Shown: one piece after another, positions 29,720 through 41,870 of the stretch
Position numbering within the stretch: position 1 is the first letter of the stretch
How the letters are laid out: every line of letters begins with the position of its first letter
NCBI GenBank assembly: GCA_963575745.1
Contig: CAUYUJ010000248.1
Location: 186,001-250,000, forward strand
DNA length: 64,000 nt
Direction of reading: 5' to 3'
Origin: Prorocentrum cordatum
Taxonomy: Eukaryota
Notes under the pieces: model-generated
Told to the model about the DNA's origin: nothing
Databases searched by the model: none
What the model saw: the letters and a program-made list of their open reading frames with translations, nothing else
Position numbers and translations under genes: made by a program

Positions 29720-31650
29720 TGGTATATTCAGCTAGCAGACGGTCAAGCAACTACGACCCTTCCAGCTGTAGATCACCGACGTTGAGGGGTGATCAGCGAG
29801 CCGTCACAGAGTTCTGCATAGGAACGTGGCAGTTGCAGCACAACAAGCACAACGTGGATCCCTCCAGGGACGGCAGCCCACGGCGAACATCGTCCAGATC
29901 GACGGCGTGGCGCGCACCTTGGGCTTTGTGACGCAGTCGGACCGCAACACGTACCAATCCGCCATGCTCATCGCTTTCGATGTCGTTGCTGCATTTCCTT
30001 CGCTGAACCAGGAGTGGTTCTGGGCGGCTGCGCGTGCTGGTGGACTGGAAGGCGGCCTACTGGACGTCCCGCAGGCCTTGTGCGACAACGCTGCCACATG
30101 CGCTTACCTAAAAGGACGACATCCAACACGTGTTTACGGCCACCGATGGAATAGCACAGGGTTGCCCGTTGAGCGGCACAATCTGGTGAATTGCATTCAG
30201 CCCAAAACCCGAGCGGTTCGCGAAGGCGTTCGAGGTACACCCTCACTCTTGCCTCACAACATGCACGGACGACATCGGCGCGGCGATTCACTCCTAGGAC
30301 TTGCTCAACAAGGTCAGGGCCATCTTCAGGCCCGTGGAGCTCCTCGGCGGACTCGTGCTCAACCTCACGAAGTGCGTGTCAGTCAGTACCGCTGTGATGC
30401 ACATTGGGCCCGAACATGGCCACGGAGTTTCAGCAAGCCCTGCGGGACATCTACGAACGATGGGGCGGCTTCGAGGTGCATGAGGTCGCGAAGCACCTCG
30501 GCATGATGGTCGGTCCTGGCGCAGACATGGGCTCGTAGACACTACCGCTTGCAACATACGAACAGAGGGTGGCAGAGCTGGCGGCAGTGAACGCACCCAC
30601 ATCGACTACCGTAGCAATGTACCGCGCCTACGCGCCGTCAGTAATTGACTACATCGCACAAGTCATGCAGCCTGAGTCCAAGGTCCTCCGTGGCACCGAA
30701 CACTGGGCGTTCCACCCAACCTTGCATTTGCCAGCAAACTGCGGGACCAGCGCCATGAATTTCGGTCCCGCGGAGTGGTCCCTCATCGAGATCCCACCGC
30801 TCGAGGTGCTTGGGCTAGCCGCAGCGATGAGGATGGCCACCGACACGATCAAGGAACGGAGAGGTTGGCTGGAGCACCCGAGGACGACGGCGGTGGAGCA
30901 CGGTGGGCTCGCGGCGTTCCCGTCCAGCGTCGGCGACGGCTCGCCCAAGTTTTGGAAGACAGGCTCGATCGCTTGCCGCTGCAAACGGGCAGCGACGGGC
31001 CCCCCTGGACAGAAGACACGTCTTCGGCAAGAGCTCGCAGGCGCTGATGGACCGATGGAAGGCAAGGCGTGAGGCCCCTGCTGCTGCGGAGGGGGGAGCC
31101 CCCCGCTTGTCCGCGCACAGCGCCTCTTGTCTCGACGCATCAGTGCTGGCGTTTTTTGGGTCTGGCAACGTTGCATGCACCATTCGTGCCCGCACGGCCA
31201 AGTGGGCTCCGAAGGCGGAGCTCGATCAGATCGGCGTTGGCCGTACTCGGGGTTGTCTGCAAGACCGCCCTGCCAAATACAGCTGTGCAGTCCAGAGTGC
31301 GGTCATCAAAACACTGACCAGGAGGGTCACATCGCACCGCCCACCGATCGAGGCCCGCCCATGTCGTGTTGGTTGCCCGTGCCAGATGGACATTTAGCAT
31401 CACTGCGTGCATAGCAGCCCGCTGTGGGAAATAGTTTCGCCCACTGGCCCTGACCCGCTGCCCGCTGCCAGCCTCACCGAACGCTTGGGTGTGTTCTGCC
31501 CTGAGAGCCCGCGGAAGAGCAGATTCATCGCCCCCCTGCAGCTTTTCATGCGTGCAACTACTGCCGAGACTTGTTCGGCCGCGGACGGACAGAGCCCAGT
31601 GCATATATTGACCACGCTGCGCTCGGCTCCGCGAGGCACCAGTCAGAGCT
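29720..31650 (+). mobile_element. Decayed non-LTR retrotransposon reverse transcriptase
   Basis: QRGSLQGR..NIVQID, AFDVVAAFPSL, GIAQGCPLSG (30148-30177), CTDDIG (30262-30279), GLVLNLTKC, KHLG, in canonical order with frameshifts. Confidence 0.85.
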
Positions 31651-31754
31651 TGCATACCGAACATCAATTTTCACTACTTTCGTTGCGCGGAGCCCCGCGC
31701 GCACACACAGCGAACCCAGTCGCCACAGAGGCGAACCTTCATGGGGGCATGAGC

Positions 31755-32092
31755 GCCTCCTCCTGCCTCCTGCCGCCTGCCTTCTCCTCCTCCTCCTCTG
31801 CCTCTGCCTCTGCCTCCTCCTCCTCCTCCTCCTCCTCTTCCTCCTTCTCCTCCTCCGCTGCCTCCTCATCCGCCTTCTTCTTCTTCTTTCCAATTGCCAC
31901 CTCATGATCCTCCTCATCCTCCTCCTCTTCCTCCTCCTCCTCCTCCTCCTCCTCCTCATCATCATCATAATCATCATCATCATCCTCATCCTCATCCTCA
32001 CCATTATCAGCAGCGGCATCATCATCACCACCAGAACCATCCTCTTCCTCCTCCTCCTCCTCCTCCTCCTCCCCCTCCTCCCCATCATCACC

Positions 32093-32140
<48 letters not shown>

Positions 32141-32448
32141 GTCATCATCACCAGCACCAGCACCAGCAAGAGCATCATCATCATCATCATCAGCATCATC
32201 ATCAGAATCATCATCATAATCATCATCATCATCATCATCATCATCACAACCACCATCATCAGCAGCATCACCACCGTCACCAGCCTCATAGTCTACGTCT
32301 TCTCCGTCAGCACCAGCAGCATCATCAACAACAGCATCTTCATCATCAGTATCACCGTCATCATCACCACCACCATCATCATCAGCAACATCAACATCGT
32401 CATCAGCATCGTCATCAGCATCGTCATCGTCGACAGCATCAGCATTCG

Positions 32449-32493
<45 letters not shown>

Positions 32494-33010
32494 TACCACC
32501 ATCATCAGCATCCTCATCATCCCCATCATGATCATCAGCACCAGCATGATCATTGTCATCGCCATCATCATCAACAACATCACCATCAACATCACCATCA
32601 TCAACATCATCATTGTCATCATCATCAGCATTATCATCATCATCAGAATCATCATCATCGTCATCGTCATCACCATCGCCGTTAACACCATCATCATCGC
32701 CATCATCATCAACAACATCATCACCACCATCAACATCACCATCATCAACAACATCATCATCATTGTCATCATCATCAGCATTATCATCATCAGCAGCAGC
32801 ATCATCATCATCGTCATCATCATCATCATCATCATCATCATCGTCGTCGTCGTCGTCATCATCAGCATCATAATCATCATCCGTTGCCTTCTCCGTTGCC
32901 TCCTCCTTCTCCCTCTTTTGCATCATCCTTCTACTCCTCCTCCTCGTCGTCCTCCTCCTCCTCCTCCTCCGTCCTCCTCATCCGCCTCCTCATCCTTGCT
33001 CCCCCTCCTT
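31755..33010. repeat. Compound CCT/CAT tract
   Basis: Direct reading. Confidence 0.95.
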
Positions 33011-33224
33011 CCATTCGGGGGAGCGCGCACCGATGGCGCCGCTGGGCGCCTTGCTGCCCAGGGCGGGTTGGGGCAGAACCGATCGAGGATAGGGTACCTT
33101 CGAAGTTCTTGGATCCAGGAAGCGGGATCGAAGTCCGTACATTTATCATGTGTGCATCTATATCTAGTAGCCTTCGACCCATCCCGCCAACGTGCCTGGG
33201 TCGTGGGTCAGAGTTCTCAGGGAT

Positions 33225-33985
33225 GCCTCTTGGGGTCTCCTCGGAGCGCTCTTAGGGGCAATTTGGGGGCCTCTTGGGAGCCTCCTGGGGGCCTTTTGTG
33301 GGCCTCTTGGGGCCTCTTGGGGCCGCTTGGGGCCTCAGGCCTCTTGGGGCCTCCAGGCCGCCCCTCTTGGCCGAGGGCTCGAAATGTATGCTCGGGTACC
33401 CCATCTGGGCCCCCTCTTGGAGCCGTCTGTGGGGCCTCTTGGGCGCCTTTGGGGTCGTCTTGGGGCCGTCTGGGGCCGTTCCGGGGACCCTCTTGGAGGC
33501 CTCTTGGGCCGTCCTGTGGCGATCTTGTGAGCCTATTGGGGCCGTCGTGGAGCGTCGGGGAATCGAAAGGGCGAGAACGCCAAACACTTTCAAAACCAAA
33601 GAAAGTATATGATTGTTGCCTCTTGGGGCCCTCTTGGGACGCCTCTTTGAACACTCTTGGGGGCGTCTTGGGGGCCTCTTGGGCCGTGTTGAGGCCATGT
33701 TGGGCGTGTTGTGGCGATCTTTCGGCGACTCGGGGGCCCTCTTGGGCCGTCTGCGGGGCCCCTTGAGCCCCTCGTGGATAGATTTGGAGCCCTCTCGGTC
33801 CCGAACAGGTCATGCGGGAAGACGCCCCGGGCACGCGCCAAGGCCTGGGAGATTTGGCAGCTTTGGCAGCTTGGGGTCCGGGCCCATCCAGGACCCTTCA
33901 GAACTGAGGACTGAGGCTTAACGGATCAGGCAAAGGACCTGAGGGCACGCCCACTCCGTGCCCAGCGGCATTGTGGCGGATATTT
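33225..33985 (+). mobile_element. GGGGCCTCTT-family element
   Basis: Decamer repeats; ends ..ggcattgtggcggatatt. Confidence 0.65.
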
Positions 33986-34404
33986 TCCGATCTCTCTCTC
34001 TCTCTCTCTCTCTTTCTATATATATGTATGTATGTAAACATGTTTCTTTTTATATATGTATATATAGATATGTATGTATATGCATATAGACACATAGTAC
34101 ACACATACACACACGGCCAGACCTAGCACATCCATGTACGTGTACGTGTGTATATATATAGAGTACTATCATACGCACCTCTCCAATGGAGTAGAGTTCA
34201 GAGGCGATGAGTTGAATCCGCCCGCGTTGTTTTATGTTGTTTTCTGGCCGTTTCGCCCGGAGCATCCCCAGACTTTTTTACATATTACGCGTCCCTCGCG
34301 CAGATCGCGACGTCAGGTTTAAAATCACAATGGCATTTCGTTACACCAACAGACAATCTTCATGATACCGGAGAAAAATCCAATCCGATTTTTGTTGAGG
34401 CAAT

Positions 34405-34772
34405 GGGGCTATATGGGCTATATGGCCATAGGGGTATAGTTATATAGGGCTATTGGGCTATAGGGCTATAGGGGCTATAGAACCTTAGGGCTATAGAGCT
34501 ATAGGGCTATATGGCTATAGGGCTCTAGAGCTATAGGGCTCTAGGGCTCTAGGGCTATAGGGCCATAGTGCTATACGGCTGTAGGGCTATAGGGCTATAT
34601 AGGGCTATAGGGCTACTGGGCTATTGGGTTATTGGGCACCCCCGGGCACCCCCGGGCACCCGGGCACCCGGGCACCCGGGCCCGGCGACCGAAATCGGCC
34701 TCGCACCTCATTGGCCACCCGGGCAGCCGGGCACCGCCGGGCACCCGGGCACCCGGGCACCCGGGCCCGGCC
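34405..34772. repeat. Adjacent octamer satellites (GGGCTATA)n then (GGGCACCC)n
   Basis: Direct reading. Confidence 0.9.
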
Positions 34773-35142
34773 ACCGAAATCGGCGACAAACCTCACCTAA
34801 CCCTTTAATCCGCTAGGACCCCTACAGAGGCAAGATCTGATTGGGAAAATTTCAAAATGAAACGCGATGATGTTGCACATGACTGTTGGCAACCATGGGT
34901 GTTTCAACGGCTTCCTGCGCAGTCCTTCGACATTGTGAAAGAAAGCCCTCAAAACACACCATGGATTCAAGTGATGTTGCTTATAGCTGCTGGGAAAACT
35001 TCTTTTTCGGGTTACCAAAAATACTTGAGCAGGCCGAAAGATTTTCCTCTTAAGGCCCAGATGACAAATGCGAAGTGTCGTTGACTTTAGCGGATGCGGA
35101 CGCAGCGATCATATCGCGCTCGCGTCGAGGTGGGGTGCGGCA

Positions 35143-35308
35143 TATGTTATGGGAGGCTGCGGGAGTTGGCCAGGCCCGCTGTGGCGCTCGAGCACCCACA
35201 TGTTATGGAGGCTGCGGGAGTTGGCCGGGGCAGCTGTGGCGCTCGAGCAACGACATGTTATGGGAGGGGTTCGGAGAGGTGGCCAGGCCCGCTGTGGCGC
35301 TCGAGCTC
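35143..35308. repeat. Three ~57-bp tandem repeats
   Basis: atgttatgg(g)agg...ggcc.ggc..gctgtggcgctcgagc three times. Confidence 0.9.
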
Positions 35309-36254
35309 CCGACTTGTGCACCGCGGTCGTTTTCCCTCCTCCCTCCTCCCTCATCCGCCTCTTCCGTCCTCCCTCCTCGTTCTCTTCCCTCCTCGTCCTC
35401 CTCCCTCCTCCTTCCTCCCTCCTCCTCCTCCTCCTCCTCGTCCATCCTACCTCTTCCTCCTCCCGCCCTCCTTATGCCTCCCTCCCCCATCACTCGTCCT
35501 CCTCCTCTTCCCTCCGCCCTCCTCCTCTCCCGCCTCCCTTCCACTTCCCCTCTCCCTCCTCTTCCTCCCTCCTCCGCTCTCCTCCTACCCTCCTCCTGAC
35601 TCTTCGTTCGCCCTCCTCCTCTTTCTCGTCTCTCCTCTTCTTCCTCGTCGTCGTCCTCTCCCTCCTCTCCGTCCTTCCTCCCTCATCTTCCTCTTCGCCC
35701 GCCCCTGGTTTGTGCTTCCCTACTCGTCCCCGTGTGGTGTTGTGTCTCTCGGTAGGGGAACCCCTCCCCCGTAGAATCATAGCTTGGGCTGCAGGTCCAA
35801 GGCTCTGTGGATCCATTTCCCCGTGGGCCCCTTGTATTAATTATTACCTTACATTTATTCCAGCAGAAGAATTGGATCCACGAAGCTCCCACGCCCAAAA
35901 TTCGATCCAGAAGACACGGAAATTGGATCCACGTGACTCTCGCACACACGTAATTGGATCCAAATGGATCCATGCGTTCCCATGCAAGAGGAAACAACTT
36001 TCGGCCTGGGGATGTAGTTTTCTAACTTTGCTCTACACTTTGTTTCCTCGTGCCCACAGGAGTGCTTCTAAATATTTCGTCTAATCGCAAGTTGTGGCAA
36101 CCCCTTCAGTGGCCCCTCAGTTATTCTTGTATGAGCCTAGGCACGCCCGTTCCACCTTGCACATGTCCAGGGCACGTCCAGAGGTCGCCGGGCGCCATGT
36201 TGCCTAGGGCGGGTCGGGGCAGAACCGATCGAGGATCGGGGATCTTCGAGACTC

Positions 36255-36432
36255 AGCATCGTCAGACCTATTCCCATCCCCAGCAAGCCAGGGTTCGTCA
36301 GCGGCACCAGCCTACCACCTCGAGTTGAGGATGCATGCCGACGGAGCTGGCACCTGATCCCACCTAGGGGATTCGACCAGACATCGGGGCCAAGGCTTTA
36401 CCAGTGGGGATGGGAACAGGTCTAACGATACT
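36255..36432. mobile_element. 178-bp MITE-like element
   Basis: 28-bp TIR matching at 25/28: agcatcgtcagacctattcccatcccca / tggggatgggaacaggtctaacgatact. Confidence 0.75.
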
Positions 36433-36717
36433 TGGCGGTGGTCGTCGTCCTCGAGTCGGGCCTCCAGATGGCCTTCGGGGCCCGCTGGGCTCCGCGCTGC
36501 CCAGGGCAGGCCGGGCCCACGGAGCCGAGAGGCGCGCAGGTCGAGGTGTTTGGGATGTCTCCGGCTCTCGCTCGGACCGGGCGGCCGGCGGTTCTTGGCC
36601 GAAGCTGAGCGCGCGGTTGGCTCCCGGGAGCGCCTGCCCCACTTGCCGTCGGGGCCGCCGCGGTCGTCGTCGCCGAAGGAGGAGGAGGAGGAGGAGGAGG
36701 AGGAGGAGGAAGAAGGA

Positions 36718-37900
36718 GGACCAGTATAAATCCAAGACTCATCAACGATGTTGGAATACGCCTTGCCTCCAAGCTCCCTCTACCTGGGCCCCATACGCGG
36801 GTTCATGTCCACTGAGAGAAGTGTTCCGTTGGGGGACAGACATGCGAAAATCTTGAAGCGTGCCAAAAGCAACATTCGTGGGACGTCAACGTCACGAGTT
36901 AACCTGATTGTTTCGTCTTGACGATCCTGAATCGCGCCAGAACGCCATTCCTGGGACTTCAACACCGCGAATCAGCGTAACCGTTGCGCCCTGACAACCC
37001 AGACTCGTTCCAAACACCATTTCTGGTACGTCAGCCACGAGAACCAGCGAAACTTGTGCAATTTCTTCAAACGAAGGTGCGCGGCGCTAAGGCGAGAGCC
37101 ACAGTTTGACAAGGAACCGCCTTTCTGTCCGTGAATTTCCGCACGAATTCTTTAAACGAATGCTCGCGGCGCTAAGGCGAGAGCATGCGAGAACCACATA
37201 GTGAGAAATCGCTTTCAATCCGTGCAAGTTCTGTACACTCTTAAACCGAATGTGCGCGGCGCTAAGGCGAGAGCCACATTTTGAAAACGACCCACCATCA
37301 GTACGCGAAGTTCTTACGAATTCTTTAAACGAATGCGCGCGGCGCTGAGGCGAGAGCCACATAGTGAGGAATCGCTTTCAATTCGTGCCAGTTCTGAAAA
37401 TTCTTAAACCGAATGTGCGCGGCGCTAGGGCGAGAGCCACATGTTGAAAACGACCCGCCATCAGTACGCGAAGTTCTTGCGAATTCTTTAAACGAATGCG
37501 CGCGGCGCTGAGGCGAGAGCCACATAGTGAGGAAACGCCTTCAAGTCGTGCAAGTTCTGCAAATTCTTAAACCGAATGTGCGCGGCGCTAAGGCGAGAGC
37601 CACATTTTGAAAAGGAACCGCCCTCAATCCGTGAAACTCTTGCAACATTGTGAAATGAATGCGCGCGGCGGTAAGGCGAGAGCCACATTTGGAAAACCAC
37701 CCGCCCTGAATCCGTGGAGCTGTTGCAAATGTGTAAAGCGAATGTGCGCAGCGCTAAGAGGAGAGCCACGTTTTGGAAGCGGCCCGCCCTCCGTTTGTGA
37801 AGCAGTTGTCAATTTTAAACATCAGGATCGTAAGTGGTGAGGAACTATCGGGCGAAACGCCTTTCCCGCTCTTTCGACCAGCCTCGGGGTGCGACAGGGA
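36718..37900 (-). mobile_element. 82-bp-unit element, inverted copy
   Basis: Reverse complement of both conserved ends and of the units (gaatgtgcgcggcgctaaggcgagagccac). Confidence 0.9.
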
Positions 37901-38805
37901 GGAGGCATCTATAAGGAAAAGGAGTGCAGGAGGAGGAGGCGGAGAAGGAGGCAGGAGGAGAGGGAGGAGTAGGCAGAGGAGGAGGATGAGGAGGAGAAGG
38001 AGGAGAAGGAGGAGGAGGAGGAGGAGGTCGAGGCCCCGGTCTTTTCAATCTGGGCGTTTCTCTTCAATCACAAAGGTCTTCAGGGGCCGCCTCAGCGTGC
38101 CCTGCAGGGCCGCTAGAAACGCTCTGGGGCCGAGAGCTTTGGGGCCCATGGACTTGCAAACCGAATCACGACGTCTCCTTCTCCTCCTGTTCCTGTTCCT
38201 GTTCCTGTTGCTCCTCCTCCTCCTCCTCCTCCTCCTCATATTCTGCCTCTTCCTCCTCGTATTCTGCCTCCTCCTCCTCCTCCTCCTCCTCCTCCTCCTT
38301 GTCTTCGTCCTCCTCCTCCTCCTCCTCCTCCTCCTCCTCCTCCTCCTCCTCCTCCTCCTCCCCCTCCTCATCTTTCCTCTCCTCGTCCGGGAGGGCTCCG
38401 CCCTCCCAGCCTAGGATCGGCCTGGCAAGTGTCGGTGTCTGCGTCTCTGTGTTGTTCGCGTTCTCCCACAACTATGTCTGCACCAAGGGCGCCTTATCTG
38501 GGATTCCCACTGGTCCGTTTCGAATGTTGGGTGCGCCAGCCTCGCCCATCGGGCCCCGGCCGGAGGGTCGCAGTCCACCAGTAGTCTTGTCTCGCCCGTC
38601 AGGTCTTGGCAGCAGGGCCATGGCATGAGCGTTGGGCTTTCTGATCGCCAGTGGGGCCCCGCCAGTGGAGTCCTAGCCATAAAGTAGGGCCCAGGCGTGG
38701 TTCAACGTACAGTCACTGCTGAGCTCAGCCCGCCAGTGTCGTAACCATTCTCTGCGGAGGAAAAAGGAGGAGGACGAGCATTGTGGACACGCTCCTTGGC
38801 CCCAG

Positions 38806-39014
38806 GTGGTGATGTCCGAGCTCGACCCCGCAGAGCAGGAGCGCATGCTGGACATCCTGGTCGCCACCAACGTGCACTTCGTCCAGGCGCCGGACGGCAA
38901 CAGCTTCTCGGCCAAGATCCGCACCGTGCGCGACCACAACGCGAAGCGCAGGGTCTCGCCCGGCTCGCCGCGTTTCTCCACGTCGCCGTCGGCCCGGGGC
39001 CCCGGCTCGCCGAG
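38806..39014 (+). CDS. Probable internal exon of an unknown protein
   Basis: cccag|G acceptor and strong GC3 bias: VVMSELDPAEQERMLDILVATNVHFVQAPDGNSFSAKIRTVRDHNAKRR. Donor at 38953 (GT) or 39015 (GC). Confidence 0.65.
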
Positions 39015-39045
39015 GCAGACGAGCCACAAATTGGGGGAGTGGTGG

Positions 39046-39272
39046 TCGGCGGTTCAAGGATGGGGCTCTCAGGGATGGGGCCCCAAGGGTAAGAAATGAA
39101 GCAGTCAAGGTTCAGATTCTGATTCGCTTCCTACCCTCAGGGCCACATCCCACAGGACCCCGCATCTTTGCACCGACGATGTGGTCCTTACTCCCCTGAG
39201 GGACCCATCGGTCGGCTTCGACACCTCTTCTCAAGAGATTGTCGATACGATGGGGTCCGCCAGGGGGGGTAA
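39046..39272. mobile_element. Two adjacent hairpin/MITE-like elements
   Basis: ~50-bp imperfect arms at 39046-39095/39128-39180; a second pair cttactcccctg..ccatcg / cgatggggtcc..gggggtaag spans 39187-39272. Confidence 0.65.
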
Positions 39273-40171
39273 GTCGAGGAACAATGAATATCATAAACAT
39301 AGGCATTCGGGGGTCCGCACTGACTTCTTGGGTCGGCGCCGACCCCCTCCCTGTCGCGCGGAGCGCGCCAGGCGCGGCTCCGGAGGCGCCGCCAGGAGGC
39401 TCCAGCGCCGATCCAGGAAATCCTCGCGGACCTCCGAAAGTGCATGGTTGTGCCACGCCTTGCTCCTCGACTGAGGATCGCAGCTCCTCCGATTGTGGCT
39501 GGTCGCTGAGGGCGCTGGTGTGGCCGACCTCGGCGCCGCGGTCGCCGCGGGACTCGGGGAGCCAGCTCGCCCTCGCCGACGCGGCGGTGAGGTCGCCCCG
39601 CGTGCAGCAGCTCGCGATCGCCGGCCGCGGGCCCGCTCTGTCGGACCCCGCCGCCGCGGACGGCGCCGCGGGTTGGAGGCAGGAGCCATTCCGACTCTGC
39701 CGATTCTAATCGATCAGATTTCGAGGATGTCGTTCCTCTTACCTGCGAGTGGTGCTGACGTAGCGCAGGCGTTCCGAGGCAGCGATCGCGCTTGGAAAAA
39801 AAAAAAAAAAAAAAAGATTTCGAGGATGTCGATTCGATTCGAGGATTTCGATTCGATTCGACTCCGGATTCCGACGTCGGCGTGGGTTTCCTATGGTGTC
39901 TCGGTGCAGGCCTCGGCTCGGACCGCCGGGCGTCGGCTTCGATGTCTTCCAATCTTCAGGAGGAAAAGAAACACACAGACACAATTAATCCTCGATTCCC
40001 CAGAAAATATGGGAAAATATGGGAAGTGGTTGGGAAGACAGAAACCCAGAAAATATAGGAAAATATGGGGAATATTTTTATTTGTGTGTATTTATTTGTG
40101 TGTCCTGGGGCCCCTTCAAATCTGCCTGCCGACTCCTGCCGATTCGACGTACTTCGATTACCGATTCGATT

Positions 40172-41269
40172 GTGAAGGCCTTACGGCTGGTGCCGCCGAC
40201 CCTGGAAGAAGGCCCCCATGATGAAGGTGACAGCTGGAGGTGTTCGGGAAGGTTGGGACCAGACGTCGCGGAGAGTTCTCCTAAAGCTCCGTGAGGTTCG
40301 CAAGAAGCGTATGACGAAGAGCACCGCTCGGCCAAGCTATCTGCCTATGTGCTCTCGAAGCCGCTGGGAGAGGAGAGGGGGGAACCAGGAGTGGGAGTAG
40401 GAGGAGGAGGAGGCGGTGGAGGCGGTGGAGGCGGAGGAGTAGGAGGAGGAGGAGGAGGAGGAGGAGGAGGAGGAGGAGGAGAACGAGGAGGACAACAAGG
40501 AGGAAGAAGAGGAGAAGCAGGAGGAGGAGCAGGATGAGGAGAAGGAGGAGGAGAAAAAAACCTCGTGGGAGCCTTTTCGAGGCTCTGGCAGTCTCCTCGG
40601 GCTTCATGGCGGCCTCTTGCCGCCATCTGGGACCGTCTTGGAGGTCGGGGCCATCTAAGGTCAGACGGGGTCACCATCGCCGTCTTTGAGGGCATCTTTG
40701 ATCGTCTTGGCGGCAATGCAGTGCCATCCTGACCATCTGGGAGGCGAGCCTGGTCGTCTCTTGGAGAATTCTGTGGGGGCCATTTGGGGGCTCTCTTGAA
40801 GCGTTTGGGCGATTTCGGGCCCCTCTTGGATTGTCTGGTGGCCCAAGGCCCATCCCGCCACCGCGCCTTGGTATGATACTGTTGGGGTTCTTCTGGGAAC
40901 CCTCTTGGAGCTCTCTCTGGGCTCTCCTACAGGCTTCTCTCCAAGCTCTCTTAGAGTCCCGAGAGGCTTGAAGAGGGGCCCCAAGGCACCAAGAGGTTCT
41001 TAAAGGCTGAAATCGGCCACGCGCAAAGGGGGGTCAAGGGGAGGCGGGAAGGCTTCTTAGAAGTACCCCTGCCTCTTAGAAGGCGCGGGCCATCTCTGTA
41101 GTTGTGAGGCCCGCGCCTTCTAAGAAGCAGCCTCCTTCGAAGGAGCCTTCCCCCCTGCCCCTGCCCCCTTATGCGCGCCGCCAATTAAGAGAGCCCCATG
41201 AGGGCCCCCGCATCAGCCCGCAATAGTGTTACACCAAAGGTTCCTGGTATGATACTGCTGAGGGTTTTC
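40172..41269. mobile_element. ATTG(C/T)GAAGGCC-terminus element flanked by 29-bp direct repeats
   Basis: Same terminus as 13302 and 57948; direct repeats 40143-40171 and 41270-41298 match at 27/29. Confidence 0.65.
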
Positions 41270-41621
41270 TTCGACGTGCTTCGATTGCCGATTCGATTTT
41301 CCGATTCGGTATTGGGCCATCCTGCCTGAGGCCTACAACAGGGACCACCACTACCTTTCAAAAGGGACCGCCAGCCCACCTTTCAGGAAGGCTGCGCGAA
41401 CGAACCTTCATGCGATTGCGATGCGGAGAAAAATAGCATCCTGCCCGAGGCCGGCGGCAGCCGCCAGGCAGGCGGGCGAGCCGTACTTGAGCATCGCGGA
41501 CATCCGGAGTGCACAGGCCAGGCTGGACCTCGGGAGGGCAGCGTCGCCAGCCCTGCAGCACCAGAGCACCAGGGAGCTGGGCGGGCGGGCGAGGACGCCG
41601 GTGCGGGGCTGAGGGCTCTGC

Positions 41622-41870
41622 GCCTTCGGACGGGTCCGGGTGTGGTGGTGTCGGAGGATCTCGCGCGGTATCGCCGATGAGTCGGCGATGCGGCTCGATA
41701 TGGAGCCCGATGCTCTCCAGGCCGACGTCGCCGATGCATCGCCGACGCCGCGGATGCCTCGGCGATGCCTCGGCAATGCCTCGGCGATGCCTCGGCGATG
41801 CATCGGCGATGCATTGGCAATGCGGCGTGATCCTCTGGCCCTATCTACTGCGACCCCATCTGGGAGGCTT
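41622..41870 (+). mobile_element. Second, diverged copy of the 8247-8463 MITE
   Basis: Shares gtcggagga..gtatcgccga..gtcggcgatgcggctcgat..gccgatgcatcgccga..ggcaatgcggcg.gatcctc..gggaggc. Confidence 0.85.

Noticed and set aside
34405..34635. Telomeric repeat
   Set aside because: The unit is GGGCTATA, not TTTAGGG.
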